DNA of 64,000 nt. Source: Candidatus Omnitrophota bacterium (GTDB lineage Bacteria; Omnitrophota; Gorgyraeia; Gygaellales; Profunditerraquicolaceae). Positions 21,949-32,103 of this stretch are shown here, one piece after another. Every line of letters begins with the position of its first letter. Within the stretch, counting starts at the first letter, position 1. The notes beneath the pieces are model-generated. The model ran no database searches and was not told the DNA's origin. It saw nothing but the letters and a program-made list of their open reading frames with translations. The DNA lies in assembly GCA_049517335.1 (NCBI GenBank), contig JBEKSD010000001.1:160032-224031 (forward strand). Direction: 5' to 3'. The translations under genes were made by a program, and so were the position numbers.

Positions 21949-23223
21949 ATGAGGGATACCGCATATTTTAAAAATAAAAAAGTGATTGTCGTGGGGTTGG
22001 CGCGCAGCGGTCTGGCCTGCGCCAACCTTCTTTATGACTTGGGCGCACGGGTAAGCATTACCGATTGTAAGGATGCTGAATTGCTGCGTACAAATACCGC
22101 TTTACTTAAGTCCAAAGATATACGGCTGGAACTGGGCTCGCACAGCGCTGCTATCGTCAAAGGTAATGAACTTATGATTATTTCTCCCGGAGTAGAAAAT
22201 AAGGCAAAGCCGGTGCTTTGGGCAGAGAAGTTCGGGATCCCTGTCATCAGCGAGATTGAATTTGCATCTATGCTTTGCCCAGCTGATATTATCGCAGTAA
22301 CTGGTTCAGGCGGCAAGAGCACGGTTACTACCCTAATCGGTAAAATTATTGAGGCAAGCGGAAAAAAAGCTTATGTTTGCGGCAATATCGGCAAGCCTTT
22401 TTCCCAGTATCTGCAGGCAATGAATGCGGGGGATATTGTTTCTCTCGAGGTCAGCTCATTCCAGCTTGAACGAATTGTTAAATTCAGGCCGAAGATTGCT
22501 TTAATTCTAAACTTTGCCAAAAATCACCTGGATAGGCACAAAGATATGCAGGAATACCTTGATGCGAAAAAGCGGATATTTATGAATCAGGGCGAAGATG
22601 ATTACCTGATTTTGAACTCCGGGGATTCCGTTGTCAGCAGCCTGGCTAAAGAGGCCCGGTCAAAGATTGTTTTCTTTTTCGGCAACGCTGAATTAAACCC
22701 TAATCAGGCTGCAGTTATGGCAGTAGGCGCGATACTCGGTATTAATAAAGATTTAATCCTAAAAGTTTTTAAAGAATTTAAGGGTATAGAGCATAGGCTA
22801 GAGTTTGTAGCGGAACTAAACGGCATTAAATTCATAAATGACTCAAAAGCGACCCTAGCTGAATCAACAATATGGGCTTTGGAGAGTATTAACGGCGGAG
22901 TTGTCTTGATTTGCGGAGGAAGGCATAAAGGCGTTGATTACAGCGTCATAAAAAAAGTGGCAGAGAAAAAAATACGCAAGGTGATTGTAATCGGAGAAGC
23001 TGCTCAGCTGATAGAAGATGCCTTAACGCCCTCATTTGTGGTTGAGCATGCAATAAGCCTGGCTGAGGCAGTTGATAAGGCCTTTCATTCAGCCAAGCGC
23101 GGGGATTACGTTTTACTTTCTCCGATGTGTTCCAGCTTTGATATGTTTAACAACTATGAAGACAGGGGTAGGGTATTTAAGAAGTTAGTAATGGAAAAAG
23201 CTAAAACGAAGGTACGGGCTTAA
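21949..23223 (+). CDS. murD: UDP-MurNAc-L-Ala:D-Glu ligase
   Basis: GLARSG, EVSSFQLE, HLDRH, HRLE, NDSKAT and SFDMFNNYEDRG. Confidence 0.96.
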   Translation: MRDTAYFKNKKVIVVGLARSGLACANLLYDLGARVSITDCKDAELLRTNTALLKSKDIRLELGSHSAAIVKGNELMIISPGVENKAKPVLWAEKFGIPVISEIEFASMLCPADIIAVTGSGGKSTVTTLIGKIIEASGKKAYVCGNIGKPFSQYLQAMNAGDIVSLEVSSFQLERIVKFRPKIALILNFAKNHLDRHKDMQEYLDAKKRIFMNQGEDDYLILNSGDSVVSSLAKEARSKIVFFFGNAELNPNQAAVMAVGAILGINKDLILKVFKEFKGIEHRLEFVAELNGIKFINDSKATLAESTIWALESINGGVVLICGGRHKGVDYSVIKKVAEKKIRKVIVIGEAAQLIEDALTPSFVVEHAISLAEAVDKAFHSAKRGDYVLLSPMCSSFDMFNNYEDRGRVFKKLVMEKAKTKVRA

Positions 23224-23226
23224 AAT

Positions 23227-24321
23227 ATGATCCGGAATATAAGGATAAATTTATTTACCGTTGTTTTTACGCTTATATGCATCGGCGTGGTGATGATTTA
23301 CAGCTCTTCCAGTATTTATGCTTGGGAAAGATATAAAGATAGTATGTTTTTTCTAAAGAGGCATATTATTTTCCTGAGCATAGGTGCGGTGTTGGCATTT
23401 TTTGCCATGACTTTTGATTACCGGCGCTTTAAGACGTACGCCAAGCCGCTGCTGATTGTTTCTTTTATTCTTCTTATTTTAGTTTTAATACCGGGTATCG
23501 GCAGGGAAGTTTCAGGCGCACGCAGATGGTTCAGGTTTAAGTTTTTGAGCTTCCAGCCTTCGGAGCTGGCTGTGCTGGCGGTAATTATTTATGTTGCGGA
23601 TTTCCTCTCCCGTAAAGGTAACAATATTAAACTTTTTTTCCGCGGTTTCCTGCCATCGGTTTGCGTGTTGGGCGTATGTGCTATGCTTATCTTGGTTCAG
23701 CCGGATTTGGGAACTACCCTTTCAATAAGCGTCGTAGTATTTTTAATGCTTTATATCGCAGGGACACGGGTGATTTACCTGTTTTCGATAATTCTGGCAA
23801 GCCTACCGGTTCTTTATATTCTAGTATTCAGTGTTCCTTACAGGAGGGCGCGTATCCTTAGTTTTCTAAATCCGTGGATAGATCCTAAGGGAAGCGGTTT
23901 TCAAATAATCCAGTCTCAAATTGCTATCGGTTCAGGAGGGTTTTTCGGCGTAGGGCTTGGGCATTCCAAACAGAAACTGTTTTATCTTCCCGCTGCGCAT
24001 ACGGATTTTATTTTTTCCATTATCGGCGAAGAGCTGGGCTTAATCGGCACATTAGGCATAATTATCCTGTTTGTTTTATTCATTCAGCAGGGCTTAAAGA
24101 TTGTAAAAAATGCTCCCGATAAATTTGGTTATTTCCTTTCTTTAGGCTTACTATTGATGCTAACCTTAAGAATCGTGATTAATATTGGAGTTTCCTGCGG
24201 TTTCTTTCCTACTAAAGGTTTGCCCCTTCCCTTTATAAGTTACGGAGGTTCTTCTTTTATTTTTGACATGGTTAGTGTAGGCATCCTCATTAATATTGCG
24301 CGAACCGGAGAATATCCATAG
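23227..24321 (+). CDS. ftsW: SEDS peptidoglycan polymerase FtsW
   Basis: GARRW, QPSE, QPDLG, HTDFIF..EELG and PFISYGGSS. Confidence 0.96.
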   Translation: MIRNIRINLFTVVFTLICIGVVMIYSSSSIYAWERYKDSMFFLKRHIIFLSIGAVLAFFAMTFDYRRFKTYAKPLLIVSFILLILVLIPGIGREVSGARRWFRFKFLSFQPSELAVLAVIIYVADFLSRKGNNIKLFFRGFLPSVCVLGVCAMLILVQPDLGTTLSISVVVFLMLYIAGTRVIYLFSIILASLPVLYILVFSVPYRRARILSFLNPWIDPKGSGFQIIQSQIAIGSGGFFGVGLGHSKQKLFYLPAAHTDFIFSIIGEELGLIGTLGIIILFVLFIQQGLKIVKNAPDKFGYFLSLGLLLMLTLRIVINIGVSCGFFPTKGLPLPFISYGGSSFIFDMVSVGILINIARTGEYP

Positions 24322-24337
24322 TAAATAAGGTAGGCGG

Positions 24338-25408
24338 ATGAGAATACTGGTAGTTACAGGTTCAAGCGGCGGACATATATTCCCGGCCTTAAGCTTCCTG
24401 GAAGAGCTTAAAGAAAAACATAAAAGCGTAGAAACGCTTCTGGTGTTACCCAAAAGGAGTATTCAAAAGCGGATAATACGGGAGGATGTTTATCAGGTAA
24501 GATATATTGCTACTTCTAAAGTAGCCTACAAGCCGGGTACGCTTTTTAAATATCTGTTGGGAGCAGCCCAGAGCCTTGAGATATTGCTTAAGTATAAGCC
24601 GGATTTAGTGGTTGGTTTCGGGAGTTCCGACTCATTGCCTTTGGTATTTTTGGCATGGCTTTTCAGAATCAGGACAATGATCCATGAGCAGAATGTTGTT
24701 CCCGGAAGAGCGAACAGGCTGCTGGCAAAGCTGGTAGATACGGTAGCTATATCCTTTCCGGAGACAGCAGGGTGTTTTAATATAAGTCCTGCGCGTATCA
24801 GCGTGACCGGGAATCCGATACGTAGGGAATTAATAAAAGTTGAAAAGCAGGAAGCGCTTAATTTTTTTGGATTAGCTGATAAATTTACCCTGTTGGTAAT
24901 GGGAGGCAGCCAAGGCAGCCACAGGATAAACCTTGCGCTTATAAACGCACTTTCAGTGCTTGATAAGCACCTTGATTTTCAGGTAATACATATAGCGGGT
25001 TTAGAAGACGTTGAATTAGTCAAGCAGGGATATGAAAATTTACATATAAAGACAAAAGTTTTTTCTTTCTTTTCGCAGATAAATTACGCATATTCGGCCA
25101 GCGACCTTGTGCTTTCGCGCTCGGGCGCTTCGGTGGTTTACGAACTTATTTTTTTTGGGAAACCGGCGATACTTATACCGTACCCATTCGCCTACGGGCA
25201 TCAATTAAAGAATGCGCAGGTGCTGGAAAAGCTTGGGGCAGCCCGCATTGTCAGGGATTCCGAACTGGATTATAATATCCTGCAGGAAACTCTTACGATG
25301 CTGGTTAGGGAACCGCAAAGGTTAAAGAGCATGAGTTCGTCTTATAAAGAAGCAAAATACCTTGACAGTGCGGATTTATTGGTAAAGGCGGCATTAAAAA
25401 CAGAATGA
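24338..25408 (+). CDS. murG: Lipid II GlcNAc transferase MurG
   Basis: GSSGGHIFP, HEQN, GNPIR, GGSQGS, RSGA and HQLKNA. Confidence 0.95.
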   Translation: MRILVVTGSSGGHIFPALSFLEELKEKHKSVETLLVLPKRSIQKRIIREDVYQVRYIATSKVAYKPGTLFKYLLGAAQSLEILLKYKPDLVVGFGSSDSLPLVFLAWLFRIRTMIHEQNVVPGRANRLLAKLVDTVAISFPETAGCFNISPARISVTGNPIRRELIKVEKQEALNFFGLADKFTLLVMGGSQGSHRINLALINALSVLDKHLDFQVIHIAGLEDVELVKQGYENLHIKTKVFSFFSQINYAYSASDLVLSRSGASVVYELIFFGKPAILIPYPFAYGHQLKNAQVLEKLGAARIVRDSELDYNILQETLTMLVREPQRLKSMSSSYKEAKYLDSADLLVKAALKTE

Positions 25409-26178
25409 AGAGAATATTCTTATTGTTTGCCCCATTTCTAATTTTGACTTCGGCTCACGCGCAAGGGCAGGAGTGGAAGGTTTCAAAGAGCACGCACTTC
25501 ATCGTTTATTATAAGAATTCGGGCGAAGATTTTATTAATAAGCTAACCGGTTATGCCGAGGACTATTATAATAAGATCGCCGATAACTTAGGTCTGACGC
25601 GTTTTAATTTCTGGCTTTGGGATAACCGGGCAAAAGTTTACGTTTATGATGATTCCAGGGATTACCATGTTTCTACAAAACAGCCTCAATGGGCCTCAGG
25701 AAGTACACATATTATTCAAAAAAAGATTGAAACCTATCCCGGGGAAGAAGGATTTTTTGAGACGGTCCTGCCGCATGAAATGGGCCATATAGTTTTCAGG
25801 GAGTTCGTGGGATTTAACAATATGGCTGTTCCTATGTGGCTGGATGAAGGCGTGGCTATGTATCAGGAAAGAGGCAGGGGTTTAAATGCCAATAGCTATT
25901 TGCGCCAGGCTATGCGTGAAGGGAATTTTATGAATATTTTTGAGCTCTCAACTTATAATGTTGAAAGTTCTACGGACAATAAAAAAGTGGAAATATACTA
26001 TATTGAATCCCTTAGTATGGTAGTTTATCTGATTAAGGAATTTGGCAGGGAGAAATTCGTGCTCTTTTGCCAAAATTTGCGCGATAAGCAAAACCTGGAG
26101 CGGGCTGTCGCAGCGAGTTATAATTTTTCAAATTTAAAAGAGCTGGATTCGGCTTGGCAGGAGTATATTAAGAAATGA
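25405..26178 (+). CDS. Secreted zincin metallopeptidase (peptidase MA-like)
   Basis: Signal peptide ending AHA; HEMGH (HExxH) followed by WLDEGVA carrying the third-ligand Glu. Confidence 0.8.
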   Translation: MKRIFLLFAPFLILTSAHAQGQEWKVSKSTHFIVYYKNSGEDFINKLTGYAEDYYNKIADNLGLTRFNFWLWDNRAKVYVYDDSRDYHVSTKQPQWASGSTHIIQKKIETYPGEEGFFETVLPHEMGHIVFREFVGFNNMAVPMWLDEGVAMYQERGRGLNANSYLRQAMREGNFMNIFELSTYNVESSTDNKKVEIYYIESLSMVVYLIKEFGREKFVLFCQNLRDKQNLERAVAASYNFSNLKELDSAWQEYIKK

Positions 26179-27542
26179 ACAACCATTACCATTTTGTAGG
26201 CATAGGCGGCATCGGGATGAGCGGTATTGCGCAGCTTATGCTGCATAGCGGCGCCGAAGTGAGCGGTTCCGATTTGAAAGAAAGCAGGGCGACACGCGAA
26301 TTAAGACAGCTGGGCGCCAGGATTTATATCGGCCACCGCCCTGAAAATATCAACGGCGCCAGGCTTGTAGTCTATTCTTCCGCCGTAAAAGAAGATAACC
26401 CTGAGATAGCCGAGGCAAGAAAGCGAGGCATTACTTTGATGAAACGGGCTGAGGCGCTTGCGCGGCTTATGCAGGATAAAACCGTAATTACGGTAGCCGG
26501 AAGCCATGGGAAAACGACGACGACTTCCCTTGTTTCGTATTTACTTATTGAAGCCCATCTTTCACCTACGGTGGCTATCGGAGGGATATTAAAGAATATA
26601 GATAATAATGCCTGTTTAGGCCGGGGTAGGTATTTCGTAGCCGAAGCCGATGAGTCCGACGGCTCATTCCTTTATTATAACCCCGTTTATTCAATCGTGA
26701 CAAACATTGACCATGAACATCTTGATTATTATGTTAATTTTGACAATGAAATTTCCGCATTTCGTGACTTTATCAATAAAACAGATAAAGAAGGGTGCCT
26801 TTTTGTTTGCTCTGACGACGAGAATTTATATAAAATAATGAGTGATTATAAAGGCCGTAAAGTATCTTTTGGTCTAAAGCCTTCCGCAGACGTACAAGCG
26901 CAAGATATAAAATTGAACGGTCTCAATTCTGAATTTAACTCTATTTATAAAGGCAAGGCCTTGGACCGATTTAAACTTTCCTTAGGCGGCAGGCACAATA
27001 TCTCTAACGCGCTTTCAGTCATCGCTCTGGGGCTTGAATTGGGAATAGAGTTGAGTTTTATTAAAAAGACGCTGGAGCGCTATAAAGGAGCAGGCCGCAG
27101 ATTAGAAGTTAAATCCAAAGCCAAAGGTATCATGGTTATTGACGATTACGCGCATCATCCCACTGAAATTCAGGCGACACTCTCGGTTGCTAAAACCTTA
27201 AAACATAAAAGGCTTATCTGTGCGTTCCAGCCGCACCGCTATACGCGCACTAAACTCCTTTTAAATGAATTCGCTCCAAGCTTTAATGACGCCGACTACA
27301 TTATCATTACTGACATCTACCCGGCAAGCGAACTACCGATACCGGGAGTTGAGGGAAAAGTGCTTTATGATAAAATAAAAAATTACTATGCGGATAAAAA
27401 AGTTATTTTTCTGCCAAAAGAAGAGATTAAGGATTACGTTCTCGAAGAACTTAGGACAGGTGATATCTTTTTAACGTTAGGCGCAGGCGACATTGTTAAG
27501 GTGAGCGATGAATTGGTGGAAGAGCTTAAAAGGAAAAGTTAA
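26175..27542 (+). CDS. murC: UDP-MurNAc:L-Ala ligase
   Basis: GIGGIGMSG, GSHGKTTT, EADESDGS, DDYAHHPTE and FQPHRYTRT. Confidence 0.98.
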   Translation: MNNHYHFVGIGGIGMSGIAQLMLHSGAEVSGSDLKESRATRELRQLGARIYIGHRPENINGARLVVYSSAVKEDNPEIAEARKRGITLMKRAEALARLMQDKTVITVAGSHGKTTTTSLVSYLLIEAHLSPTVAIGGILKNIDNNACLGRGRYFVAEADESDGSFLYYNPVYSIVTNIDHEHLDYYVNFDNEISAFRDFINKTDKEGCLFVCSDDENLYKIMSDYKGRKVSFGLKPSADVQAQDIKLNGLNSEFNSIYKGKALDRFKLSLGGRHNISNALSVIALGLELGIELSFIKKTLERYKGAGRRLEVKSKAKGIMVIDDYAHHPTEIQATLSVAKTLKHKRLICAFQPHRYTRTKLLLNEFAPSFNDADYIIITDIYPASELPIPGVEGKVLYDKIKNYYADKKVIFLPKEEIKDYVLEELRTGDIFLTLGAGDIVKVSDELVEELKRKS

Positions 27543-28389
27543 GCGTTCGGAGCCGTTAAATAAGCATACTACCTTCAGGCTAGGGGGTAGGGCGGATTTT
27601 TTTATAGAGCCCAAGGATAACCAAGACTTAAAATTGCTACTTAACTATGCTAAAATCCATAAGCTTAAACTTTTATTAATCGGCTCGGGCAGCAATATTT
27701 TAGCCAAAGACGGGAATATCAGGAAAATAATCGCTCATCTAAATTCAGGTTATTTTGCTAAAATTAAATTTGAAAATAATTATTGCGAAGCAGGAAGCGC
27801 AACTGTGCTTGCGCGATTAATAAAAGCAGCACATGCGCGTTCCTTAGCCGGATTGGAATTTTTAACCGGAGTGCCGGGAACAGTCGGTGGGGCGCTGGTA
27901 ATGAACGCCGGCGCATGGGGAAAAGAAATCGCCGATTTTTTGACAGAGGTAAAAGTTATGGATTATAACGGCAGGGTGAGGTTGATGAAAAAGGAAGAAA
28001 TTAAGTTCGGCTACCGTTCTTCCTCTTTGGATAAATATATAATTTTAGGAGCGAAGTTTAAATTAAGCAGGGATTCAGAAAAAAATATCGGGAATAGAAT
28101 AGCCGATTATTTAAAAAAGCGCCGCAGTAGCCAGGATAACGCGTTTCCCAATGCAGGATGTATTTTTAGGAACCCTCGGGGTACTTCGGCTGGAAAGCTA
28201 ATTGATTTGTGCGGTTTAAAAGGTAGGTGCGCGGGCGGTGCCGTTATTTCAAAGAAACACGCTAATTTTATCCTGAATCGGAAAAATGCCTCTGCGCAGG
28301 ACGTCTTGGAGCTTGTTAAATTAATCAAAAGGGAAGTCAGGAATAAATTCCGCATAAATCTGGAAACGGAAATAAAAATATGGCAGTGA
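27508..28389 (+). CDS. murB: UDP-N-acetylenolpyruvoylglucosamine reductase
   Basis: TTFRLGG, GSGSN, PGTVGGALVMNAGA, GCIFRNP and HANF. Confidence 0.96.
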   Translation: MNWWKSLKGKVKRSEPLNKHTTFRLGGRADFFIEPKDNQDLKLLLNYAKIHKLKLLLIGSGSNILAKDGNIRKIIAHLNSGYFAKIKFENNYCEAGSATVLARLIKAAHARSLAGLEFLTGVPGTVGGALVMNAGAWGKEIADFLTEVKVMDYNGRVRLMKKEEIKFGYRSSSLDKYIILGAKFKLSRDSEKNIGNRIADYLKKRRSSQDNAFPNAGCIFRNPRGTSAGKLIDLCGLKGRCAGGAVISKKHANFILNRKNASAQDVLELVKLIKREVRNKFRINLETEIKIWQ

Positions 28390-29342
28390 ACCCACGAACT
28401 ACGGATCAGTTCGGCCGCATCGGTATTTTAATGGGCGGCCCCTCTTCAGAGCGCGAGATTTCCTTAAAATCGGGAAAAGCGGTTTACGATGTGCTTTCTG
28501 CCTTGGGCGAAGACGTTGTCGCTATTGATATTAAGAGCGATGGCGTTGAGGAAAATATCCGCCTCATAAATTCCCAGGGAATAGATTGCGCTTTCCTGGC
28601 TTTGCACGGCCGCTTTGGCGAGGACGGAACAATTCAGATGATTTTAGAGAATATGAGAATCCCGTATACGGGCTCAGGAGTATTGGCGAGCAAACTTGCA
28701 ATGGATAAAGTTTCCTCACGGGAAATTTTTAAGAAAGCTAACTTGCTTGTCCCGCGCAGTAAAGTAGTGGATAAACAATCTTATAAGCAAGGTTCTTTCC
28801 TTAAACTTAATTTAGGAAGCCGCCTAGTAATAAAACCGGCGGCTCAGGGTTCAAGTATAGGTTTATCCATTATTGACAGGAAAGAAGATTTAGCTAAAGC
28901 ATTGGAACTTGCTTTTAAATTTGACGATAGACTTATCGTTGAAGAGTATATTAAAGGCAGGGAAATGACCGTGGGGATACTGGAGGAATCAGCTTTACCG
29001 GTTATTGAGATAATCCCGAGCCGCGCGTTTTTTGATTTTGAGGCCAAATACAAGGATGGGTTGACTGAATACGTTATTCCCGCCGGAATTGACAAAAAAA
29101 CCGCTGCCAGGATTCAGGCTTCAGCTTTGTCCGCGCATAAGTTGCTGGGTTGTTTTGGCTATTCAAGGGTGGATTTGATCCTTCATGAAGAAGGCGATAT
29201 CTTCGTTCTGGAAGTAAATACCATACCTGGAATGACCTCAACCAGCCTGCTGCCGAAAGCAGCCGGAAAGATACACATTAAATTTGAAGAGTTATGCATG
29301 AGGTTAATAAAATTAGCTTATGAAAAAGCAGAAAAATACTAA
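28380..29342 (+). CDS. ddl: D-alanine--D-alanine ligase
   Basis: GGPSSEREISLKSG, LHGRFGEDG, GSSIG and LEVNTIPG. Confidence 0.97.
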   Translation: MAVNPRTTDQFGRIGILMGGPSSEREISLKSGKAVYDVLSALGEDVVAIDIKSDGVEENIRLINSQGIDCAFLALHGRFGEDGTIQMILENMRIPYTGSGVLASKLAMDKVSSREIFKKANLLVPRSKVVDKQSYKQGSFLKLNLGSRLVIKPAAQGSSIGLSIIDRKEDLAKALELAFKFDDRLIVEEYIKGREMTVGILEESALPVIEIIPSRAFFDFEAKYKDGLTEYVIPAGIDKKTAARIQASALSAHKLLGCFGYSRVDLILHEEGDIFVLEVNTIPGMTSTSLLPKAAGKIHIKFEELCMRLIKLAYEKAEKY

Positions 29343-30087
29343 TTTTCTGGGTTTGTTTGTTTTTGTAACTTTAATTCTTCTTGCTATCTTTATTTTTCTG
29401 GGATATATTTGGAATGTTGTTAAACATTCGGATATCTTTACGGTCAGGGAAGTAGTGGTGAAAGGTTCAGCAACAGGCAGCCTTTCTTATTTGAAAGGCA
29501 GGAATATATTTGACATTGATTCAAGAAGAGAATTCCGGGATGCCCTAAGGTCGTACCCGGATTACAGCTGCATCAAATTGGTAAAAATATTTCCTAGCCG
29601 CATATTTGTGGAATTTATCGGGCGTAAACCGGTTGCCTTAATAAAATTATACCGTTATTTTGCCGTTGATGAATCCGGCACCATATTTTACACTCAGGGT
29701 TCTCTGCCTGATGAACCCGGTTTACCGGTAATAACCGGCTTAGAGACAAAGCTCTTCGGGCCTAAACCGGGGGTAAGGTATAATATTAAGGAATTGGGCC
29801 TTGCTTTGGAAATCCTGCGGCAGGCAAAGAGGACGCATCTTTTGAAATATTACAAGATCCGTAAAATAGACGTTTACAACCCGGATAATGCTTCCATATT
29901 TATCCCGTTCGCTGATAATACAAGGAGAGATCTTGAGGTTAAGCTCGGCTCGAATAATATTACGGATAAGATCTCTATTCTCGCTGGTTTAATCATTAAC
30001 GGGAAGAACGACATATCCGGCATAAAATATATTGACTTAAGATTCAATGAACCGGTAATAAAATTAAACGATGTTAAATCAGAATAG
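29320..30087 (+). CDS. ftsQ: Cell division protein FtsQ/DivIB
   Basis: N-terminal TM, POTRA-like region, LPVITG and C-terminal YIDLRF; canonical position. Confidence 0.85.
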   Translation: MKKQKNTNFLGLFVFVTLILLAIFIFLGYIWNVVKHSDIFTVREVVVKGSATGSLSYLKGRNIFDIDSRREFRDALRSYPDYSCIKLVKIFPSRIFVEFIGRKPVALIKLYRYFAVDESGTIFYTQGSLPDEPGLPVITGLETKLFGPKPGVRYNIKELGLALEILRQAKRTHLLKYYKIRKIDVYNPDNASIFIPFADNTRRDLEVKLGSNNITDKISILAGLIINGKNDISGIKYIDLRFNEPVIKLNDVKSE

Positions 30088-31330
30088 TTACATCTGCGCG
30101 CTTGATATCGGCTCAAGTAAAATATCCGTAACCTTTGCGCAAATTAAAAAGAAGCGGTTAAGCAGCCTTGAATTTGTAACCGTTCCGTCTAAAGGCGTCA
30201 GGGGAGGAGTTATTGTTGATTCAATTGAGTTGGTCGGCGCTATCAGCAAGCTGATGAAAACCCTGAAAGCCAGGTCTGGCGTCAATATCAAGAATATTTA
30301 CGCTAATATTTCGGGACAGGATATTGTTACCAAGCGCAGCCACGCAATAATCCCTTTGGCCGAGAGAGGGAATAAAGTCATCACCCAATCGGATATTGAA
30401 GCCGCAAATGAACAGGCGCGTATACTCGGTTCAAGCCTTGAAGAAGAAATTATACAGATTATTCCTTCAAGCTATACTATTGATTCCAAGGATAATATCA
30501 TAAACCCATTCGGGCTCTACAGCCATAAGCTGGAAGTGGATTTATACCTTATCTGCGGGAGACTTTCATCCATCCAGAGCCTTGCGAGAGTAATCCATCA
30601 GTCCGGTTATGAAATCAAGGATTTATTCTTCTCAGGCCTGGCCACAAGTAAAGCCGTGTTCAACAAAGAGCTAAGTGAGGGGCTGAATTTATTTTGCGAT
30701 ATCGGAAGCGATATTGTTGAATTATTGGTCTTTAAAGACGGACTTCTCAAGGATATGGAAATTATGTCTTTTGGAGGGGATGATTTGACGCAAAAGTTAA
30801 GTGATGAGCTTAAGATTCCCTTTGACTTAGCTGAAGATATAAAAAGATCCTACGGCATTATCGGGGATATAGAACAGATAGAAGAGAACAAGGAGATTTT
30901 AGTAAAAAAGAGCGAGCTTTATAAGCCGATAAAACAGAAACTCGTTTCTCAGATTATTACTCTAAGCGCAAAAGATATCTGCTCAAAGATAAAAGACGCA
31001 GTTGTCAGGAAAGTTGCGCCCCATGAAGTAAATAATTTCATAATTACCGGGCGCACCCTGCTTTTGGAAGGTTTTATTGAAACCCTGGAAAATACCCTTT
31101 CTATGCCCGTAAAGCTGGGCCGCATCAGGAATGAAGAGGTCCTCGCCCTTGCAAAAGAAGACGACGCTCTATCCGGGCAGAAATACCTGAATTATCTCAC
31201 CTCGCTCGGTATGATCTGCGAGGTCTTACAAAGAAAGCCTATTTCAATGCAACCCCTTCATCAGCCCGCCAAAAACCTCCTTACTAAGGTCAAGAACAAG
31301 CTTACAGAGGTATATCAGGAATATTTTTAA
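30071..31330 (+). CDS. ftsA: Cell division protein FtsA (divergent)
   Basis: ALDIGSSKI, SKGVRGGVIVD, NPFGL..LEV, AEDIKRSYG and a C-terminal amphipathic helix; follows ftsQ. Confidence 0.9.
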   Translation: MLNQNSYICALDIGSSKISVTFAQIKKKRLSSLEFVTVPSKGVRGGVIVDSIELVGAISKLMKTLKARSGVNIKNIYANISGQDIVTKRSHAIIPLAERGNKVITQSDIEAANEQARILGSSLEEEIIQIIPSSYTIDSKDNIINPFGLYSHKLEVDLYLICGRLSSIQSLARVIHQSGYEIKDLFFSGLATSKAVFNKELSEGLNLFCDIGSDIVELLVFKDGLLKDMEIMSFGGDDLTQKLSDELKIPFDLAEDIKRSYGIIGDIEQIEENKEILVKKSELYKPIKQKLVSQIITLSAKDICSKIKDAVVRKVAPHEVNNFIITGRTLLLEGFIETLENTLSMPVKLGRIRNEEVLALAKEDDALSGQKYLNYLTSLGMICEVLQRKPISMQPLHQPAKNLLTKVKNKLTEVYQEYF

Positions 31331-31344
31331 TTCATCTTTAAGGT

Positions 31345-31372
31345 TTGACCACTCAGTATTCTTGTGTATAAT
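31345..31372 (+). promoter_or_regulatory. Putative promoter of the yggS operon
   Basis: TTGACC, 16 bp spacer, TATAAT within the 73-bp ftsA-yggS gap. Confidence 0.55.
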
Positions 31373-31403
31373 ATATTAACTTAAAATTTGCTTAAGTAAG
31401 CTT

Positions 31404-32096
31404 ATGATTAAGGATAATATAGGTAAGGTAAGAGAGCGTATTGCTGCTGTTTGCAGCAGGATTGGCAGAAAACCGGAAAACATCACTATCGTAGCCATAA
31501 GTAAGGCTAGGCCGGTAGAAGAGATAAAAGAAGTAGTTGAGTCCGGGATTTGCGATATAGGTGAAAACAGGGTCCAGGAAGCTTTTTTGAAATATCACGC
31601 TTTACAGTATGCGATAAGCGGTAAGCTTATAAGGTGGCATATGGTCGGGCATCTTCAGACCAATAAGGTAAAAGATGCGGTTAAGATTTTTGATTTAATC
31701 CAGTCGGTGGACAGCCTGCATCTGGCGCAGGAAATTGATAAGCAGGCGGCAAAAATCAATAAACTGCAGGACGTGCTGGTTGAAATAAAAACTTCCCCCG
31801 AGGAAAACAAGTCCGGGATGAGCCCGCGCGCTGCCGTGGTTGTGATAAACGAAATAGTAAAACTGAAAAACGTAAAGATAAAAGGCCTGATGACCATCGC
31901 TGCCGTAGTCGATGAGGCGCAAAAGGCACGGGAGTATTTTAAAGAATTGAGAGAGTTTAAAGAGAAGATAGACAGTTTTCATCTGGAATCCTGTGATATG
32001 CGTTTTTTGTCCATGGGCATGACCGATGATTATGAAGTGGCAATAGAAGAGGGCTCAAATATGCTGCGTATTGGGCGCGGCATATTCGGAGAATAA
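31404..32096 (+). CDS. yggS: Pyridoxal phosphate homeostasis protein YggS/PLPBP
   Basis: AISK, GENRVQE, WHMVGHLQTNK, LSMGMTDDY and RIGRGIFG. Confidence 0.96.
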   Translation: MIKDNIGKVRERIAAVCSRIGRKPENITIVAISKARPVEEIKEVVESGICDIGENRVQEAFLKYHALQYAISGKLIRWHMVGHLQTNKVKDAVKIFDLIQSVDSLHLAQEIDKQAAKINKLQDVLVEIKTSPEENKSGMSPRAAVVVINEIVKLKNVKIKGLMTIAAVVDEAQKAREYFKELREFKEKIDSFHLESCDMRFLSMGMTDDYEVAIEEGSNMLRIGRGIFGE

Positions 32097-32103
32097 TAAA
32101 AAT

